A stretch of 64,000 nt of DNA from an uncultured virus (IMG/VR IMGVR_UViG_3300031673_000024) (Duplodnaviria > Heunggongvirae > Uroviricota > Caudoviricetes), in the IMG/VR virus record IMGVR_UViG_3300031673_000024. One strand, written 5' to 3'. The translations under genes were made by a program, and so were the position numbers. Shown one piece after another: positions 30,492 through 39,272 of the stretch. Under the pieces are notes generated by a model. It saw nothing but the letters and a program-made list of their open reading frames with translations. It ran no database searches and was not told the DNA's origin. The number at the start of each line of letters is the position of its first letter. Within the stretch, counting starts at the first letter, position 1.

Positions 30492-31612
30492 TGCGCCACA
30501 AGGAACACGCCCGCATTGCTCAGGTCCTCCGCACAGCCTCCTCGCTCATCAACGCCGAAAAGGTGAGCAAGGCTGATGAAGCAAAGATGGAGCGCGGAGC
30601 AAAGAAGAACAAGAAGGAAAAGGTCTGGGTCGAGGTGACGACACCTCCCGAGAAGACGAAGGGTGGCAACTACGTCGGCCGTGCCACCTTCCAGCGCAAG
30701 GGTGAGGACGAGAAGCACTCGGAGATGATCACGTTCCCCGGTCCCTTTAAGCTCCGCATCAAGGGTAAGAAGCTATGGGTTGACCCGAAGAAGGGCGAGG
30801 GCTTCTTCTATGATGCTGATGCTGATGCTGATGCTGACCTGGACCAGGTAGAGTTCGTCGATACTCTTAACTACGAGGCCCACGCCAAGGCCAAACCACT
30901 GCATGAAATGTTCGATAAGATCATCTCAGATCCGGCGGGTTCTGAGGCGTCCAACATGAGCTACCACTACACCCGAGAGGAAATCGATGGTGTCGGCGAC
31001 CCAGGTATGCAGAAAGACCTGGAGGAGAAGTTCTCTGAAGCAAGGAAAGCGGTGGAAGAAGAGGCCCAGAAGAAATGGCAGGCTGCGCTCACTGCGGCGG
31101 ATATCGCTAAGGGCCGCATGAAGGCTGTCCTCAAAGAGCACCTCGTCCTCCCGAAAAAGCGCTTCTGGAAGTCAGAGGAGGCGCACCAGGAGGCAGTTAT
31201 TGACGCGATCAAGAAGGTGAAAGAAGAATTCTTGTACGATGACCCGGAGTACCGGGAACAGGTTAAGAATTTCGTCCTCAACACCGAGACAAGGATCGAC
31301 GGGCCTAGCTATCAGCACGCTAACAAGCCACTGGCTGTTAGCAACCTAGCATCATGGGGGTTGAGAAACTCGTTTGACTCGACCGTGCTGAACGAGGTGA
31401 CAGACGAACTCATGGAGAGCAAGACTATCCTGGGACCAATGTTCCAAAGCAAGCCAGAGAAGAGAGAGAAGAAAAAGAGCGCTTCGATCCAGGCCCGTAT
31501 CGACGATGTGGCCTCGCGGTTGGCTCGGCTGAACCTTCCTGCTGAAACGTTGCTGGCTGTCGAGGAAGCCGCTGACGCGGTTACCTCAGCCCGCTTCCGT
31601 GCGAGACGTTAA
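30491..31612 (+). CDS. Tagged hypothetical protein sharing N- and C-terminal modules with 27663..30491
   Basis: ARIAQVLRTASSLINA leader, KVWV...GRATF domain, C-terminal ARIDDVASRL...VEEAADAV. Confidence 0.7.
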   Translation: MRHKEHARIAQVLRTASSLINAEKVSKADEAKMERGAKKNKKEKVWVEVTTPPEKTKGGNYVGRATFQRKGEDEKHSEMITFPGPFKLRIKGKKLWVDPKKGEGFFYDADADADADLDQVEFVDTLNYEAHAKAKPLHEMFDKIISDPAGSEASNMSYHYTREEIDGVGDPGMQKDLEEKFSEARKAVEEEAQKKWQAALTAADIAKGRMKAVLKEHLVLPKKRFWKSEEAHQEAVIDAIKKVKEEFLYDDPEYREQVKNFVLNTETRIDGPSYQHANKPLAVSNLASWGLRNSFDSTVLNEVTDELMESKTILGPMFQSKPEKREKKKSASIQARIDDVASRLARLNLPAETLLAVEEAADAVTSARFRARR

Positions 31613-31638
31613 CAGCAGCCTGACCACAAGGAGGTTTG

Positions 31639-31797
31639 TTGGCCAAGAAGAAGAACAAGGCTGTTCCACAGTACATGGAAGAAGCCATCGGTGGTTACCG
31701 ATGCCCGAAGTGCTCCCATCGGTGGGAGCAGCGGCTAGACAAGAACGCAGAGTGCCCCAAGTGTGGGGAGGTCCAAGGACCGATGGTTGTGAAGTGA
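31639..31797 (+). CDS. Small Zn-ribbon protein (52 aa; missed by ORF track)
   Basis: AAGGAGG RBS, TTG start, YRCPKC...ECPKCG; GTGA overlap with next gene. Confidence 0.75.
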   Translation: MAKKKNKAVPQYMEEAIGGYRCPKCSHRWEQRLDKNAECPKCGEVQGPMVVK

Positions 31798-33203
31798 CGA
31801 TGGATGCCGACACCCGAGCCCAAGTAGCGACCGCGCTAAGAGCGGCTGCTGAAGTGTTAGCGTTCACGACACCTCTTCCCAAGTTCGAGAAGGGCGAACC
31901 TGGCCTCATGACTCTCGACGAGTTCCTAACGTCGAAGAACCCCGGCGACAAGTGGCACCCGTCGGAGACGTACAACTACGACGTTCATTGGTCCAAGGAT
32001 CGTCCTGGGTTGAACCGAGCACTGGACGTAGTCGCCTATAACGACAACCATAAAGGTCGGAAGTATGCCCTCCTCGTCCCTTATGGTGGTGGTGAAGGTC
32101 ATGCAATCACCCGAGAAGGTACCCTTATCGCGGTCCTCTCCAATGGGGTGATGTACACGAATGAGCGCAACCCAAACCTCATCCCACGGTCGTACTTCTC
32201 CGGGCCTACAGATATTCAATTGGAGGAACCCAAGAAGGTGAAGCGGGTGAAGTACCCTTCGGAGTACGTGCGCCTGATCAGTAACATCGCCGCTCGAAAC
32301 CGCAAGAAGTACAACCACCTCTTGCAGAACGTGGTCCTAGACGGAGAGTCCTTTCAAGTTCTCTCTGAGGGTAGTCCCGTCAAAAACAAGCAACAGACCA
32401 TCGCCGTGTTGAACGACCGCGGTGAGGAGGTTGCCTTCGCTGCCGACGAGTGGGGCGCAACGCTGCTGACCGTCGCGCGCGAGTACCGTCGCAAGGGGAT
32501 CGGCGACTTGCTCCTCCGCCTCTGGAACAAGTTCAACCCTGACTGGCAGTCCGGAGGCACAACGGACGCGGGGAGAATGGCCAACACCAGGCTATGGGAA
32601 GGCCGTGTGTTGGAGTTCTTGTCTCTCGGTTGGTACTCCGAGTTGGTTCGTCAGAAGAAGATGAGCACGGCCCGCGTGAAGGAAATCACGAGCCGGTTAA
32701 GCCCTGACGCGAGGCGTAAGGTTCATGCCCCCGCCGAGCGAAAGGTTACCCAGAAGGGGACGACGCTGCTCTACCTCGACGATCCGAAGGACCCTGTGTC
32801 CTTTGTCCTTTACGACTCACGGTTCCTCGACGATCCTCAGGCCGACAGCGCTGAGAAGTACATCTTTGGCTACGGGTTCTTCCGCGACAGCGAGCACGCG
32901 AAGGCGCCCTTCCTGTACCGCATTGACTACGACCGGGAATGGGACCGCAAGACGACCAGTGTTGCTATGCAGATCGCCAAGAATGCCGGCCACAAGGTCT
33001 GGGTCGGCGACACCTATGGCGACATGCTGGAGCTTGACCTCATCCCTGAGGTGAAGGTCGAGAACAATCTGGCCTGGCTTGAACGCGACCTGCTCCCCAT
33101 CGATAAAATGGCAGGTCTTGAGCGGAAGACCCGCAAGTCGGTTGATCCATATGGGGAGATCGAGTCCATACTGCTGGAGACAGCGGAAGCGAAGTGGTTA
33201 TGA
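31794..33203 (+). CDS. Leader-tagged protein with GNAT-like domain (start corrected to GTG 31794)
   Basis: MTMDADTRAQVATALRAAAEVLA start as in downstream paralogs; VAREYRRKGIG acetyl-CoA-binding motif A. Confidence 0.65.
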   Translation: MTMDADTRAQVATALRAAAEVLAFTTPLPKFEKGEPGLMTLDEFLTSKNPGDKWHPSETYNYDVHWSKDRPGLNRALDVVAYNDNHKGRKYALLVPYGGGEGHAITREGTLIAVLSNGVMYTNERNPNLIPRSYFSGPTDIQLEEPKKVKRVKYPSEYVRLISNIAARNRKKYNHLLQNVVLDGESFQVLSEGSPVKNKQQTIAVLNDRGEEVAFAADEWGATLLTVAREYRRKGIGDLLLRLWNKFNPDWQSGGTTDAGRMANTRLWEGRVLEFLSLGWYSELVRQKKMSTARVKEITSRLSPDARRKVHAPAERKVTQKGTTLLYLDDPKDPVSFVLYDSRFLDDPQADSAEKYIFGYGFFRDSEHAKAPFLYRIDYDREWDRKTTSVAMQIAKNAGHKVWVGDTYGDMLELDLIPEVKVENNLAWLERDLLPIDKMAGLERKTRKSVDPYGEIESILLETAEAKWL

Positions 33204-33739
33204 CGATGGATGCCGACACCCGAGCCGAGGTAGCGAAGGCGCTAAGAGCGGCTGCTGCTGTGTTGGCTGCTGAGTCGTTCCTCTATCACGCTACTCCCAT
33301 CGAAACCGCAGCGTCGATCGCACGTAGTGCGGCTGCGGCGCCTGCCTGGACCATCGAAGTAGCTTTCGATGGTCATCGCAGCAGCACAATCGAAGCCGTC
33401 CAGCGGTCTGAGGCCCTGCGAAAACACGTGCTCGGCTCGTTGGAGATTACGTGGACACCACAAGCTGCCGTGGTGAGCGACATCCGAGTGCGAGCCCAGG
33501 TCGCCCGGAAGGGCGTCGCCACATCCATGTACGAGGAAGCAGCGAAGATTGCGGCTTCCCGAGGGCTGCCGTTGAGGTCAGATACCGGCAGGTACCCAGG
33601 AGCCGAGGGCTTCTGGAAGAAGCAGGTGGCGAAGAACCGTGCGACGGCCACCCCAGTCGGCCCAAACAAGGTTGGCTTGGACCCTGAAAAGATCCGGTAT
33701 TACCAGTTGAACTACCCGCCGCCGTCGTCACTTCGCTGA
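33200..33739 (+). CDS. Leader-tagged GNAT-like acetyltransferase
   Basis: VRAQVARKGVATSMY...LRSD...AEGFW; ATGA overlap. Confidence 0.65.
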   Translation: MTMDADTRAEVAKALRAAAAVLAAESFLYHATPIETAASIARSAAAAPAWTIEVAFDGHRSSTIEAVQRSEALRKHVLGSLEITWTPQAAVVSDIRVRAQVARKGVATSMYEEAAKIAASRGLPLRSDTGRYPGAEGFWKKQVAKNRATATPVGPNKVGLDPEKIRYYQLNYPPPSSLR

Positions 33740-33844
33740 GCCTCAGCGAACACTAATCTCGCCATATGGCGTTCCTGAAGGTTTCACGATGACGATGGAT
33801 GCCGACACCCGAGCCGAGGTAGCGAAGGCGCTAAGAGCGGCTGC
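33200..33844 (+). repeat. Identical 56-bp direct repeat encoding the leader (33200-33255 and 33789-33844); related copies at 31794-31860 and 35312-35361
   Basis: ATGACGATGGATGCCGACACCCGAGCCGAGGTAGCGAAGGCGCTAAGAGCGGCTGC read at both sites. Confidence 0.95.
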
Positions 33845-34808
33845 GCGGTCGCTCAGCGCTGATGGATCTGCGGTGGTGTCGAGCGTGATGAAGACGGGGG
33901 CGCTCCCACAAAAGGTAAAGCAGGCCATCGAGAAGCTGGAAGAGGCCACAGGGACAGAGGTCGGGTACGAGGTTAGTGACCGTAGCTTCCGGTTTGAGCC
34001 CCATCGCGGCGGCGAGAGCGTGGGCTACTTCCGCATCACGCTCTTGGACGAATACGACATGGAGAAAGCGCGGGAGGACTGCGTCACCTCTGCCGAGGGT
34101 CGTCCTTTGTGGGTCGTCAAGGGCGCCGAGTGGCACGACAAGGGCATGAGGAGCAAGGGCTTTGGAAAGCTCGCCTACGAAGCCTTGTTGTCATTCGTGG
34201 ATGACAGGAAAGGCGTCGTCGGTCCACATGACTGCGAGTTTGGCGGCAGCGTTTCTAATGATGCCAAGAACATGTGGAAGAGCCTCGCGCGTAGGCACAA
34301 GATGGATGGTCCTCTCATCGTCTTCGGTTCGGCGGTGTCGGCGTCGAGCTTGCGGATCGAGGAGTACAAGTCCCCGCTCGACTACAACCGCTCAGGCAAC
34401 GTCATGCGCCTTGCTCTCGTCGACGCCAGAGCCGGTGAACCAGATCCCCATGACTCGTACTTCGCCGAGATCACGAGGACGCGGAACCGCGCAAAGAACG
34501 GCAAGCCGCTCAAGAAGCCGAAGACAGAGCTTGTGTCCCCAGGAGCAGCGCCCGGCGTGGTGGCTTTCCTTGACTGGCATCAATGGGGTCCGAAAGCGGT
34601 CTACATCGACTACATGAAGAGTCGTCGTGACATGAGAGGCAAGAAGCACATCCAGCGGCTGCTGGACCATCTGTACAAGGAGCACAAGAACGACGAGATC
34701 ATTCACTGGGGCAAGGTGATGAACGAGGCTGCGTGGAGTCTGTTCGAGCGGTACCAGGGGCTTGAGGAGCACGGCTACCCGCACACCATCGGAAGCCGAG
34801 ACTTCTGA
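33789..34808 (+). CDS. Leader-tagged protein with two GNAT-like domains
   Basis: MRSKGFGKLAY...SVSNDAKNMW and YIDYMKSR..MRGKK, separated by an AVSASS linker. Confidence 0.6.
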   Translation: MTMDADTRAEVAKALRAAARSLSADGSAVVSSVMKTGALPQKVKQAIEKLEEATGTEVGYEVSDRSFRFEPHRGGESVGYFRITLLDEYDMEKAREDCVTSAEGRPLWVVKGAEWHDKGMRSKGFGKLAYEALLSFVDDRKGVVGPHDCEFGGSVSNDAKNMWKSLARRHKMDGPLIVFGSAVSASSLRIEEYKSPLDYNRSGNVMRLALVDARAGEPDPHDSYFAEITRTRNRAKNGKPLKKPKTELVSPGAAPGVVAFLDWHQWGPKAVYIDYMKSRRDMRGKKHIQRLLDHLYKEHKNDEIIHWGKVMNEAAWSLFERYQGLEEHGYPHTIGSRDF

Positions 34809-35908
34809 TGGCTGCGAAGACTGTGCGTGATCTGATAGCGGAGGACGGTTACATCTACGCTTACCGTGATAACAACCCGAACGCTTACATGTTTGAGCTT
34901 CGCCTGGGTGGGCGGGGAGGTCCAGAGGACGGTCATCTTCGTGTCCTTTGGCGAGGAGCGTGTAACTCATGGGAGGTGATGAACGTCTTTGCAAGGCGCG
35001 GTTGGGGTCCTCTTTTGCATGACATTGCGATGGAGTGGGCAGGTTCCAAGGGACTTGTACCCGACCGGATGTCCATTACGCCAAAGGAGGCAGCCATATG
35101 GGATCACTACTTGAAGCACCGCCGTGGCGATGTTGAGTGGCAGGATCTCGGGTCAGAGGCTGACGTTGACGTTGACTACTGCCGCCTGCACAACGACGAC
35201 GACCATGAGGCACTAGATTTTAGGTTCTTCTCGAAGCGGAAGACCACAATCCCGATGCTTAAAAGAGAGGGGAGGTGGATCGAAGAGCGCCCGCGACGCA
35301 TGAACCACGCGACCCGAGCCCAAGTAGCGACCGCGCTAAGAGCGGCTGCTGCTGTGTTGGCGACAGGGCGAGTTCGAGTTCGTAAGCCTTATGGCGAGGC
35401 CAAGCGCATCATCTTCTCGACCGAGCTTGGTGAGGCGCTGCAAGATGCTGGCGCGCACACCGAGATGGTCACTGACTTCGTGTCCGACCACAGCGACCCC
35501 CTCGACGGGATCATCACCAACTTCGATCTCAACGGCCTCACTTGGGAAGAGCGGGAAGTAGTCCAGAAGGAGCTTCTGGAAGGCACCCAGAAGAGCCTAC
35601 GCGCCCGTGGGTTGCCTAGCCGGTTCAGCGTCTACCGTTATGGCCCTATCCGCTCTCTTTTTCCTGATGTGACGGCAGTAACGCTGAACCCCATTGTCGC
35701 CTGGGCCGGCGCAAGGCGAACAAAACAGGATGTCTATCGCTACGAGGTCGATCGGGATGACGTGCTCGTGGATGTGGACGCCTTGTGGCCTGCTGGCTTC
35801 CTCGTGGAAGAGGAGCTTCTGGTCAACCCCCGTGGGCTCAAGCGCAGGGAAGCGCTGACGCAAGAGGCAGCCAGGTCATGGGGGACCGGGCCACGGGAAT
35901 CACTCTGA
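34808..35908 (+). CDS. GNAT-like domain fused via internal leader to an ART-like domain
   Basis: RRGWGPLLHDIAME...DR.SIT...IW; internal MNHATRAQVATALRAAAAVLA at 35300; then VYRYG...VTLNP.VA...EEELLV. Confidence 0.55.
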   Translation: MAAKTVRDLIAEDGYIYAYRDNNPNAYMFELRLGGRGGPEDGHLRVLWRGACNSWEVMNVFARRGWGPLLHDIAMEWAGSKGLVPDRMSITPKEAAIWDHYLKHRRGDVEWQDLGSEADVDVDYCRLHNDDDHEALDFRFFSKRKTTIPMLKREGRWIEERPRRMNHATRAQVATALRAAAAVLATGRVRVRKPYGEAKRIIFSTELGEALQDAGAHTEMVTDFVSDHSDPLDGIITNFDLNGLTWEEREVVQKELLEGTQKSLRARGLPSRFSVYRYGPIRSLFPDVTAVTLNPIVAWAGARRTKQDVYRYEVDRDDVLVDVDALWPAGFLVEEELLVNPRGLKRREALTQEAARSWGTGPRESL

Positions 35909-35996
35909 TGTATCTTTGTGCATCAAAGGCTTGTTTGGCGCCGATATTCATGCATTTTCATGCATTCGATGGGATACGGGAGCTAGCGCCACAAAG

Positions 35997-36024
35997 AAAA
36001 GAGGGAGCCGAAGCTCCCTCTTTT
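35997..36024. terminator. Bidirectional intrinsic terminator
   Basis: AAAAGAGGGAGC-CGAA-GCTCCCTCTTTT perfect hairpin between convergent genes. Confidence 0.85.
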
Positions 36025-36044
36025 CCTTTAGCCACGAGCCCGAA

Positions 36045-36566
36045 CTAGGCGACGGCGATGAGGGAGTCACTCTCAGCGAGCGAGGACCCGAGGGTGTTGA
36101 CGACGCCGGCTTCCCACGAAGCGACGATGACGAACGAGCCACCAGCGGTGGACTGCACCGCGAGGGTGTCGGCGTCCGCCTGGGTGATGGTGATGTCGGC
36201 GAGGGAGGAGACGTTCCCGCCACTGGCGGCATAGACGTCGATCTTGCTCGCCTTGGTGCCGAGAGCGTGGGAGAGGGTCGCTGTGTCACCAGCGCCGAGG
36301 ACTACGGGAGCCCCGATGGTGCCGATGGTGGTCTGCGACTCCGAACCTGCGAGGCCGAGGGTCGCAGCTTCCGCCGCTTCACTGGGCAGACCCGAGGTCA
36401 CGCGCGTCACCGAGACGAGGTTGCGGTCGAGGAGGTCCTTGATCGCGGCGGTGTCAGCCGAAGCGGCTTCCACATCCGCGCTCGCGCCCGAGGGCAGGAT
36501 CACGTCGAGGGGCGGGGGAACGGCAAGACGGGAGCCGCTGAGGTTCTGAACACGAAAGGTTGCCAT
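36045..36566 (-). CDS. Probable virion structural/decoration protein
   Basis: 173 aa, small-residue-rich, strong codon bias, GGAG RBS, own upstream motif and terminator. Confidence 0.5.
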   Translation of the reverse strand: MATFRVQNLSGSRLAVPPPLDVILPSGASADVEAASADTAAIKDLLDRNLVSVTRVTSGLPSEAAEAATLGLAGSESQTTIGTIGAPVVLGAGDTATLSHALGTKASKIDVYAASGGNVSSLADITITQADADTLAVQSTAGGSFVIVASWEAGVVNTLGSSLAESDSLIAVA

Positions 36567-36632
36567 GGTGTTTTGTCTCCGGTGGGGTGGCCTGATTCAG
36601 TATGCGATGAAGTTGTTAGTCGTGGTACTTCT

Positions 36633-37823
36633 TCACGATTCCCATGTGCCGAGAACATCGACATCGACTGAGAAGAGGATGAAGCCGTTTTTCCCGACCG
36701 TTGCGGTGCTGATGCTCTGGCTGTCGGCGAAGCTCCACTCAGTGACGCTGCAACCCCGCTCGAACTCGTCGTCGGCCATTTCCGCCACAGCGTTTTTCAC
36801 AGCATCGTCAAGGAGCCTTGTCAGCTCGCGCATCACGCGGCCTCCCTTGTCCAGGAGCTTCAGGGCCTGGTCGGGATCCTTCTTCATGACCGCCAGCATC
36901 TGCGGGAGGTCGCTCTCATCCTTGCCCGCCAGTTGCGCGAGGAGCTTGCCGCCGAGCTTGAAGTCAAGCTCGACTTCACATGCGAACTCGTCGTCGAGAT
37001 CGTCGGCAGGAGGGTTCGATACTGTCGCCCTGACGTAAGGGACGCTGGTGTTCATGGCCGCAGCCTTGACGCTGGCGGACGTCGTGGTGTTCTCCTGGAG
37101 AAGTTTCCGCACGGAGCCCTTCCAGTCTAGGCTGCTGACGCTTGTGATTTTGATATCCAAAAACTCCTCATCAGCCAGGTCCTTGAGGCTGTCCCAGAAG
37201 GACGATTCGTCTCCGGAGGTGAGCTTCCCCTGATCCTTTAGCTTGGCGATCTCCTTGACAGCGTAGCCCAAAGCCGTACTCGCCTTTGACATAGACTTCT
37301 CGAAAGCCTTGTCCGCTGCCTCAAGGTCTTTTTCCATCTCTGCGATGAAGACGCTCATCTTCTTGGCCCGATCGCCATCAGCGCCATCAACGAGGGCGTA
37401 ATCGGCAATGTCTTTCTTCAACTTCTCAATGAGGGAAAGCTGACCCTTGAGCGTCTTACCCCAGTCGCGGATGTGCTTGTTCAGCGATCTCTCAAACTGG
37501 CTTTTGGTTGCCGCAGAGACAGCAGACCCGCTCAGCTTCACAGGCTTGACCTTGCGCAACTTGGCGAAGCGCAGGTTCACGACCTTCTCACCAGCATTGC
37601 GCAGGCTCTCGACATCGGCAGGCTTGCCGTCCCAGCGGGACATCACATCGGCGATGATCCAGTCATCGCCGCCGAGGAACGACGCCTCTGCTTCCTTCGC
37701 GTTGCGAAAGTCCTTGCCTCGCGGCGGGGTCAGCGTCATGACGGCGGAGACCGTTCGTGCCTCCAATGCGTCCGCAGCGCGAAGCAGGGTGGCTGCGATG
37801 GTCTTCTTGGTGGCGGCATCCAT
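36633..37823 (-). CDS. Leader-tagged multidomain hypothetical protein
   Basis: MDAATKKTIAATLLRAADALEA leader; three blocks separated by VSA/VKA linkers. Confidence 0.7.
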   Translation of the reverse strand: MDAATKKTIAATLLRAADALEARTVSAVMTLTPPRGKDFRNAKEAEASFLGGDDWIIADVMSRWDGKPADVESLRNAGEKVVNLRFAKLRKVKPVKLSGSAVSAATKSQFERSLNKHIRDWGKTLKGQLSLIEKLKKDIADYALVDGADGDRAKKMSVFIAEMEKDLEAADKAFEKSMSKASTALGYAVKEIAKLKDQGKLTSGDESSFWDSLKDLADEEFLDIKITSVSSLDWKGSVRKLLQENTTTSASVKAAAMNTSVPYVRATVSNPPADDLDDEFACEVELDFKLGGKLLAQLAGKDESDLPQMLAVMKKDPDQALKLLDKGGRVMRELTRLLDDAVKNAVAEMADDEFERGCSVTEWSFADSQSISTATVGKNGFILFSVDVDVLGTWES

Positions 37824-37895
37824 GAGGGGCTCCAGGCTTCGGGTCTCGTGTCAGTGTGTGCTTTGGAGGAGATTCCTTCGGTAGTTATGAGCTAC

Positions 37896-37925
37896 TTGAC
37901 AGCCTCTCCTTAGAGCCTGTACGTT
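37896..37925 (+). promoter_or_regulatory. Putative sigma70-type promoter
   Basis: TTGACA-18 nt-TACGTT in a divergent intergenic region, upstream of AAGGAGG and a short ORF. Confidence 0.5.
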
Positions 37926-37946
37926 CGGCTCAACAAGGAGGCGACC

Positions 37947-38012
37947 ATGTTCGCTGCATTCGCTGCTGATGTACGCAGGACAATTTGCCCTAGCCCAGAG
38001 CTAGGTCACTAG
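37947..38012 (+). CDS. Putative 21-aa leader peptide (MFAAFAADVRRTICPSPELGH)
   Basis: Perfect AAGGAGG RBS 5 nt before ATG, directly after the promoter. Confidence 0.4.
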   Translation: MFAAFAADVRRTICPSPELGH

Positions 38013-38103
38013 GTCCGCCTGCGTTTCAAACAAAGTAGGTTGGTGTTCTCAGCGTTGTGCTGAACATTCAACTTGCGCGCAGTGTCGGGCCGGAAGGTCT
38101 GTC

Positions 38104-38994
38104 ATGCGTAAGGACATGTCGAAGGTGCTCGTCGAAGACGGGCGTCTTAACAGTGGTGTTGGCGCTAAGCAACTCAAGCGCCAACACCGTCGCAAGCTCA
38201 ACCGTAACGTCGACGAACACTCCCCGAAGCGTGAGTCCCTGAGTGGGCACCGTCACTTCGGCCACGAGTGCAAGACGCTGAACGAGAACCTGAAACCTCT
38301 CGTCCGCTTCCTCGCGTCGCGTGCTGGTCAGCCTTGGGATGAGGTGTACTCGGAGATCCGAGAGCGCATCAACGTCAAGAGCGCCGTCCAGCTTCACATC
38401 ATGCAGCACCTCTGGGGCTTCGTGGACCGCGACATCAAGATCAGCGACCAGGGCGTGCCTGTGCGCCCCTCAGGGCGTGTCCAGAGAAAGACCGCCGCCG
38501 GGGAGGTCCAGCACACCGTCAACGGCAAGGAGGGCTGGTACGAGGCCACCGGAGGTCGTAGCAACTGGCCCCGCTTCTACGTCGATGATGATGGCGTTCT
38601 CGTGCGCCTGCCTACGTGGGAGGGGTACCGTAGCTCGGAGGGCGAGAAGGACCGGCACCGCGAGGATGGTCGCCTGTTCCGCAAGGATGAAGGCATTTGG
38701 TACGAGATGGTCGTCGTGCCTCTGCCCGACGGGTGGGTGTGGGGCGAAGGTCCGCGTCGTACCATCACCGGGTACCTGGACAACTACGGCCCGCGTGACC
38801 TGTGGTTCAACAACACGATCGCTACGGTGGCTGGTGTTCGGCGGGGGTATGGGTATCGCTACCGGGGGGTTCCCCACTTGGCTGAGGTCAAGAAGACCTA
38901 CGGGCGGCTCGACGTCTACTGCAACGGGCGCCGCCAGTTGGCGAGCAAGGAACTCCGCCGTTGGGGGCTGGTGAACGAGCGCCCCGAGGTGTAG
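38104..38994 (+). CDS. Basic hypothetical protein
   Basis: MRKDMSKV...LNENLKPL.RFL...G.PWD.VYSEI pattern resembles an uncharacterised bacterial family (from recall); good codon bias. Confidence 0.65.
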   Translation: MRKDMSKVLVEDGRLNSGVGAKQLKRQHRRKLNRNVDEHSPKRESLSGHRHFGHECKTLNENLKPLVRFLASRAGQPWDEVYSEIRERINVKSAVQLHIMQHLWGFVDRDIKISDQGVPVRPSGRVQRKTAAGEVQHTVNGKEGWYEATGGRSNWPRFYVDDDGVLVRLPTWEGYRSSEGEKDRHREDGRLFRKDEGIWYEMVVVPLPDGWVWGEGPRRTITGYLDNYGPRDLWFNNTIATVAGVRRGYGYRYRGVPHLAEVKKTYGRLDVYCNGRRQLASKELRRWGLVNERPEV

Positions 38995-39002
38995 AAGGGT
39001 GC

Positions 39003-39119
39003 ATGCCCTACTACCGCAAGAAGCCCGTCATCATCGAAGCTCACCAGTGGTTCAAGAACGGCGCGTGGAAGCCGATGATGTCGAGGCCGACGACGACACC
39101 GTGTAGGCAACCACAGTAA
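39003..39119 (+). pseudogene. Truncated remnant of YRKKPV.IEA.QW phage protein family
   Basis: MPYYRKKPVIIEAHQWFKNG, then divergence and a stop after 38 aa. Confidence 0.5.
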
Positions 39120-39272
39120 CCTTGTACGAATGGCACACTGACTCGGAAGCTGTCCTCGTCATTACCACTGAGCAGGCCGTCAGGTGGAAGTGGCCGTCGT
39201 AATCGGGTGGGCCTGGGCACAGGCCGCTAACACCCGAACGCGGGTCGCGGAGCCTACGGGGACAGCTTCCGC

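Noticed and set aside
30812..30835. (GATGCT)4 tract as a phase-variation switch
   Set aside because: A 6-bp unit keeps the frame; it just encodes a DADADA linker.
31599..31793. N-terminal extension of the 534-aa ORF (likewise extensions of ORFs ending at 11099, 51998, 43666 and 45060)
   Set aside because: They overlap better-supported genes; internal starts have an RBS or translational coupling.
31794..35361. Leader repeats as DGR template/variable repeats, att sites or integron attC
   Set aside because: No adenine-specific mismatch pattern, no reverse transcriptase or integrase in the window, no palindromic structure; they are in-frame coding.
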